This document shows, one piece after another, positions 60,817 to 64,000 of a stretch of 64,000 bases of DNA (within the stretch, counting starts at the first letter, position 1; each line of letters begins with the position of its first letter). The notes beneath the pieces are model-generated. The model was not told where the DNA came from. It searched no databases and saw only the letters and a program-made list of their open reading frames with translations. The translations under genes were made by a program, and so were the position numbers. Origin of the DNA: Verrucomicrobiota bacterium. Its GTDB lineage: Bacteria; Verrucomicrobiota; Verrucomicrobiia; Limisphaerales; AAA164-E04. The stretch covers positions 608,001-672,000 of the forward strand of contig CP170459.1 of assembly GCA_047947115.1 (NCBI GenBank), in the 5' to 3' direction.

Positions 60817-62330
60817 CATGCGCGTCAGGATAAAGCCAGGAGGTTTTGTTCATAGTTTTGACGAGATCGTTTGTCATATTTGCATTGGTATCTCATTTGT
60901 ATAGGGATAGCATCGCTGACTTGTACATTCCACGCTTCAAAACACAGAGCCAAAAAGTAATCTCCCAGTAGAGCAGCCACTTTCAACATGCTCAAATGCG
61001 CCGCGTTGCAAGTCTGCCCTGGGGCAAGCCAGTCACGCTCTATCAAGTTTGTAAGAACGGTAATAAAAATGAGTCGTGCACAAACCACTATCCGGAGTTG
61101 CTCTGCAGAACCGTCAGGAACCTCGGTGATACGAAAATGGCTTTTCCATGCCTTAAAAATGGTTTCTATCCGCCAGCGCAAACCGTAGATCTTTGCCACT
61201 TCTTTTGCTGTGCATTCGTTCTGGGGAACATTGGTTGTGAATATCGCCCAACCAAGCAACTCCAACCTTTGGGCATTGGGCTTTCGCCTTTTATCACGAT
61301 TGCTCTTGGCTTTGCGTCGCCGTTCTGCCGCGATCTCATCGGGAAGTTTGATGGCCACCAATCGCACGGGTAACTGCTTATCTGAGAGCAAAACATCAAA
61401 GTCCAAATTTCCTAATCGTTTCAGTTTTTTGAGTAAATCGATTTTTTCTCCTGTGGCTGGGTCCCTCACTTCGATATCCAATCGGATTCGACTCAAATAA
61501 TAGGCTCCAGCGTTTGCTATCTGTTGGAATGATTCTATCACGAAATAGACCAAGTCACGCAGTATTAAGTCCCCCTTACGTATGACTTTCAAAATATCAT
61601 AAGTTGCGGTTTGGTCGTTACGTCTAAATCCACTTATCCCGAAGTAGAGGAATTGTTGATTTTGTATATCCTGAATGGCTTGTATTTTCAGCGATGCAAT
61701 TTTGGAACCACTTTGATTAGCCGAACCGGGAAAAGCAGCCGCCAGTTTCGAATTTACTTTGATGGTCGTGCTATCATGAACAAGGATTCGTGGAAATCTA
61801 TTGAACTTGTTTGGGACGTTGCGGCCATTGTCTTTGGATTTGGCGCTTAATACTAGCGCCAGGATGCATTGAATATAATTCACAGCGCCCTGGTTCATTC
61901 GTTCCCACAATGACTGTTTGGCAATAGTATTATTGCTCAAAATTCCCAACAAAGTCGCCCATCGACTCAAACTTGCGGTGCCTTGGCAAACCAATAGAAT
62001 AGTCGCTTGTAGAAAAAATTCGGGCATTATTTTTCGCGGAGTTCGCAGGACAAAGCCGGTGGCGCGAGCAAGTGTCTGGAAATCGAAATCAGCGAACCAA
62101 CCGGTTAATGTTTGGGCACATCGGTGCCATTCATGAGGCAGGGAAACCCCTTGTGAATCTGGGAGTAAAGTCAAACATTTGGGTTGAGGTCTTGTTGTGT
62201 GTTGAAGATCTGAAGATGATATTGTCTGACAAGGATTTGTTGGAGAGTCATTCGGAAAAGCAGAAAGCAAACTGTACATAAAAGTACAGCTTTATCGTTA
62301 AAAATAATCATTTTTATCCTGACGCGCATG
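60817..62330 (-). mobile_element. Complete IS4-family (IS231-like) insertion sequence
   Basis: Perfect 18-bp terminal IR catgcgcgtcaggataaa; flanks cgcagacgcg / cgcagacgcc (target duplication of 8-10 bp). Confidence 0.92.
60825..62279 (-). CDS. IS4 family DDE transposase
   Basis: HDSTTI, LRDLVYF, FTTN, YGLRWRIETIFKAWKS (YREK motif). Confidence 0.93.
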   Translation of the reverse strand: MYSLLSAFPNDSPTNPCQTISSSDLQHTTRPQPKCLTLLPDSQGVSLPHEWHRCAQTLTGWFADFDFQTLARATGFVLRTPRKIMPEFFLQATILLVCQGTASLSRWATLLGILSNNTIAKQSLWERMNQGAVNYIQCILALVLSAKSKDNGRNVPNKFNRFPRILVHDSTTIKVNSKLAAAFPGSANQSGSKIASLKIQAIQDIQNQQFLYFGISGFRRNDQTATYDILKVIRKGDLILRDLVYFVIESFQQIANAGAYYLSRIRLDIEVRDPATGEKIDLLKKLKRLGNLDFDVLLSDKQLPVRLVAIKLPDEIAAERRRKAKSNRDKRRKPNAQRLELLGWAIFTTNVPQNECTAKEVAKIYGLRWRIETIFKAWKSHFRITEVPDGSAEQLRIVVCARLIFITVLTNLIERDWLAPGQTCNAAHLSMLKVAALLGDYFLALCFEAWNVQVSDAIPIQMRYQCKYDKRSRQNYEQNLLALS

Positions 62331-62355
62331 CGCAGACGCCGGATCTACGAGTTGT

Positions 62356-62491
62356 CACAGATTTACGCAGATATAGAAGGAAGATCCATTCGAATGGCAG
62401 CTGAAATTTGAGACACTATTTGGTGAATCACTTTGATGAGATCAAATCTGGCTTTATACCCAATATCTGCGTTCATCTGCGCCATCTGCGG
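62356..62491. repeat. Inverted pair of REP-like repeats (CAGATG/ATCTGCG family)
   Basis: cacagatttacgcagat and atctgcgttcatctgcgccatctgcgg; same family as 2219-2361. Confidence 0.6.
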
Positions 62492-62597
62492 ATTCCTAAT
62501 TGAATGATTACGGCTAAGCCGTGTGCTTTTACATGAGGGGGTATCGTCAAGGGGAATAGAATGCTGAGGATACATGGTGACGGTAACGTTTCCCTGG

Positions 62598-62630
62598 CGT
62601 ATCCAGAGCGGTGCTGCACACCGCACTCCA
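62598..62630 (-). repeat. REP-like palindromic repeat (TGGAGTGCGG family), inverted copy
   Basis: cgtatccagagcggtgctgcacaccgcactcca is the exact reverse complement of 60712-60744. Confidence 0.85.
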
Positions 62631-62836
62631 AAATAATCCTTGGTAAGACGAACATTCTTATTGGAACGAACCATACCGGAAGGAAATCCAGCTCGTTGAC
62701 AAGCTGACGGGCAAGTAGGATAATGCTCCCGGTTCCCATGATCCCAATGAAAGGACTGAATCAACATTCGGCTTCCGAACTCAAACACGACGCTTTAAAA
62801 ACGTCGCGCCAGGACTGTGCCCAAAATGGCTTGGTT

Positions 62837-64000
62837 ATGGGAACTCCATTGATTCACTTAACTTGGGTGCTCATACTCATGGTGGGAACATCGCATCTAC
62901 ATGCAGACGAAACCAAGCATTGGGCCTTTCAACCTATTACCCATCCGGTTCCCCCTTATGCGGAAACCAATGATTGGGCACAAAACAACCTGGATCTTTT
63001 TGTACTGGATTCATTGCGGAAACATAACTTGCTCCCCTCCCCGAAAGCATCCAAACGCGAACTCATTCGCCGTGCGTATCTGGACCTGACAGGTTTACCT
63101 CCGTCCTTTGACGATGTGAAAGCATTCGAACAGGATGAAGATCCCGACGCGTTCCAGCAAACGATCGACCGCTTGCTGAACGATTCTTCCTATGGCAAAC
63201 ACTGGGGACGTCATTGGCTGGATGTCGCCCGCTATGCCGATGCCAAAGGATACGTGGACGCCGGCGAACCAACATACCCGTTTGCCTATACCTACAGGGA
63301 CTATGTGGTGGATGCGTTCAACCATGACAAACCTTTCGCCCAGTTCGTCATGGAACAAATCGCCGCCGACCGGTTACCAAAACCATCAAACCATTCAAAC
63401 GCGCTGGCCGGTCTGGGCTTTCTGACAGTGGGTTCGCGTTTCAACTTCTTCCCTCACGAAATCATCGATGATCGGATCGATGTGGTCACTCGAGGCTTTC
63501 TCGGATTAACAGTGACCTGCGCCCGTTGCCACGACCACAAATACGATCCGGTCACCAGCGAAGATTACTACGCGCTCTACGGCGTTTTCATGAACAGCCG
63601 GGAACCAGTGTTGGATACTGTTCCCGTGGTCCAAAAATCAGAGACGTCTTCAGAAAAAGAATGGAAAAAATCCATCCATGAATCAGCTGGTGCCTATCGC
63701 AAATTGCAAAAAGAACAACATGAGCGTGTCATGTTCGAGATGCGAGCCTGGGCCAAAGACTATTTGAATTACATCGTCCAAACCACGCCACGACACCGCA
63801 CCCAGGATCAACCCGACCTCGTTACCGAACGGGGCATGATCCGCGAAGTGTCCGCCTATGCCGGTGGAGCCGTCAAACCCTGGAGACGTTTCCTGGAAAC
63901 CCAAACAAAGGAAGATCCGGTGTTCGGTTTGTGGGCGGGACTTTATGAGCTGGATGGAAAAGCCATCCCTTCTTCCTACGCCGAGGAGTGGAAGCGTTTC
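62837..64000 (+). CDS. DUF1549 (PSCyt2/PSD1-type) protein, 3' end outside window
   Basis: Not in the ORF track; my translation gives signal MGTPLIHLTWVLILMVG, HWAFQP, LIRRAYLDLTGLPP, HWGRHWLDVARYAD, CARCHDHKYDP. Confidence 0.9.
   Translation, partial: MGTPLIHLTWVLILMVGTSHLHADETKHWAFQPITHPVPPYAETNDWAQNNLDLFVLDSLRKHNLLPSPKASKRELIRRAYLDLTGLPPSFDDVKAFEQDEDPDAFQQTIDRLLNDSSYGKHWGRHWLDVARYADAKGYVDAGEPTYPFAYTYRDYVVDAFNHDKPFAQFVMEQIAADRLPKPSNHSNALAGLGFLTVGSRFNFFPHEIIDDRIDVVTRGFLGLTVTCARCHDHKYDPVTSEDYYALYGVFMNSREPVLDTVPVVQKSETSSEKEWKKSIHESAGAYRKLQKEQHERVMFEMRAWAKDYLNYIVQTTPRHRTQDQPDLVTERGMIREVSAYAGGAVKPWRRFLETQTKEDPVFGLWAGLYELDGKAIPSSYAEEWKRF

Noticed and set aside
62363..62788. Short ORFs 62363-62788 and 62473-62739 (also 18280-18555, 60567-60833, 2230-2493)
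   Set aside because: They are translations of REP-like repeat DNA without protein-family motifs
1..64000. CRISPR arrays, tRNA, rRNA, prophage or defence genes
   Set aside because: No regularly spaced repeats, cloverleaf or rRNA signatures, or phage/defence motifs were recognised by eye; a small RNA could have been missed

Overview
Bacterial genomic DNA. DUF1501/DUF1549-DUF1553 pairs, H-X9-DG prepilin-like proteins, DUF1080 and OB-repeat sensor kinases point to the PVC superphylum, most likely Verrucomicrobiota (inference from gene families). The backbone carries a GH13 glycosidase, aldolase plus rhamnulokinase, ppk2, hflX, an mlaEFD-like operon, a phoB-phoR-like pair, a Tat oxidoreductase and an ECF sigma operon. 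Accessory segments are: an octaheme OTR-type cytochrome next to a sulfatase remnant (2.4-4.4 kb); a broken hybrid kinase plus an IS1634 remnant (14.7-18.2 kb); a ~23-kb signalling island (33.8-56.4 kb) with an H-NOX/HNOBA NO-sensor pair, a YfiR/TonB-receptor/kinase unit and many kinases and regulators; two different ISL3 elements; and an IS4 element inside a REP-like repeat pair. The most unusual items are a signal-peptide-bearing dikinase with glucan-water-dikinase-like domain order directly behind phoBR, a ~70-aa module shared between that dikinase and the octaheme cytochrome, and a catalytically degenerate MlaF. Three genes are frameshifted at G/C homopolymers (phase variation or sequencing error). 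No rRNA, tRNA or CRISPR array was recognised. All family calls are by motif recognition; no database search was run.
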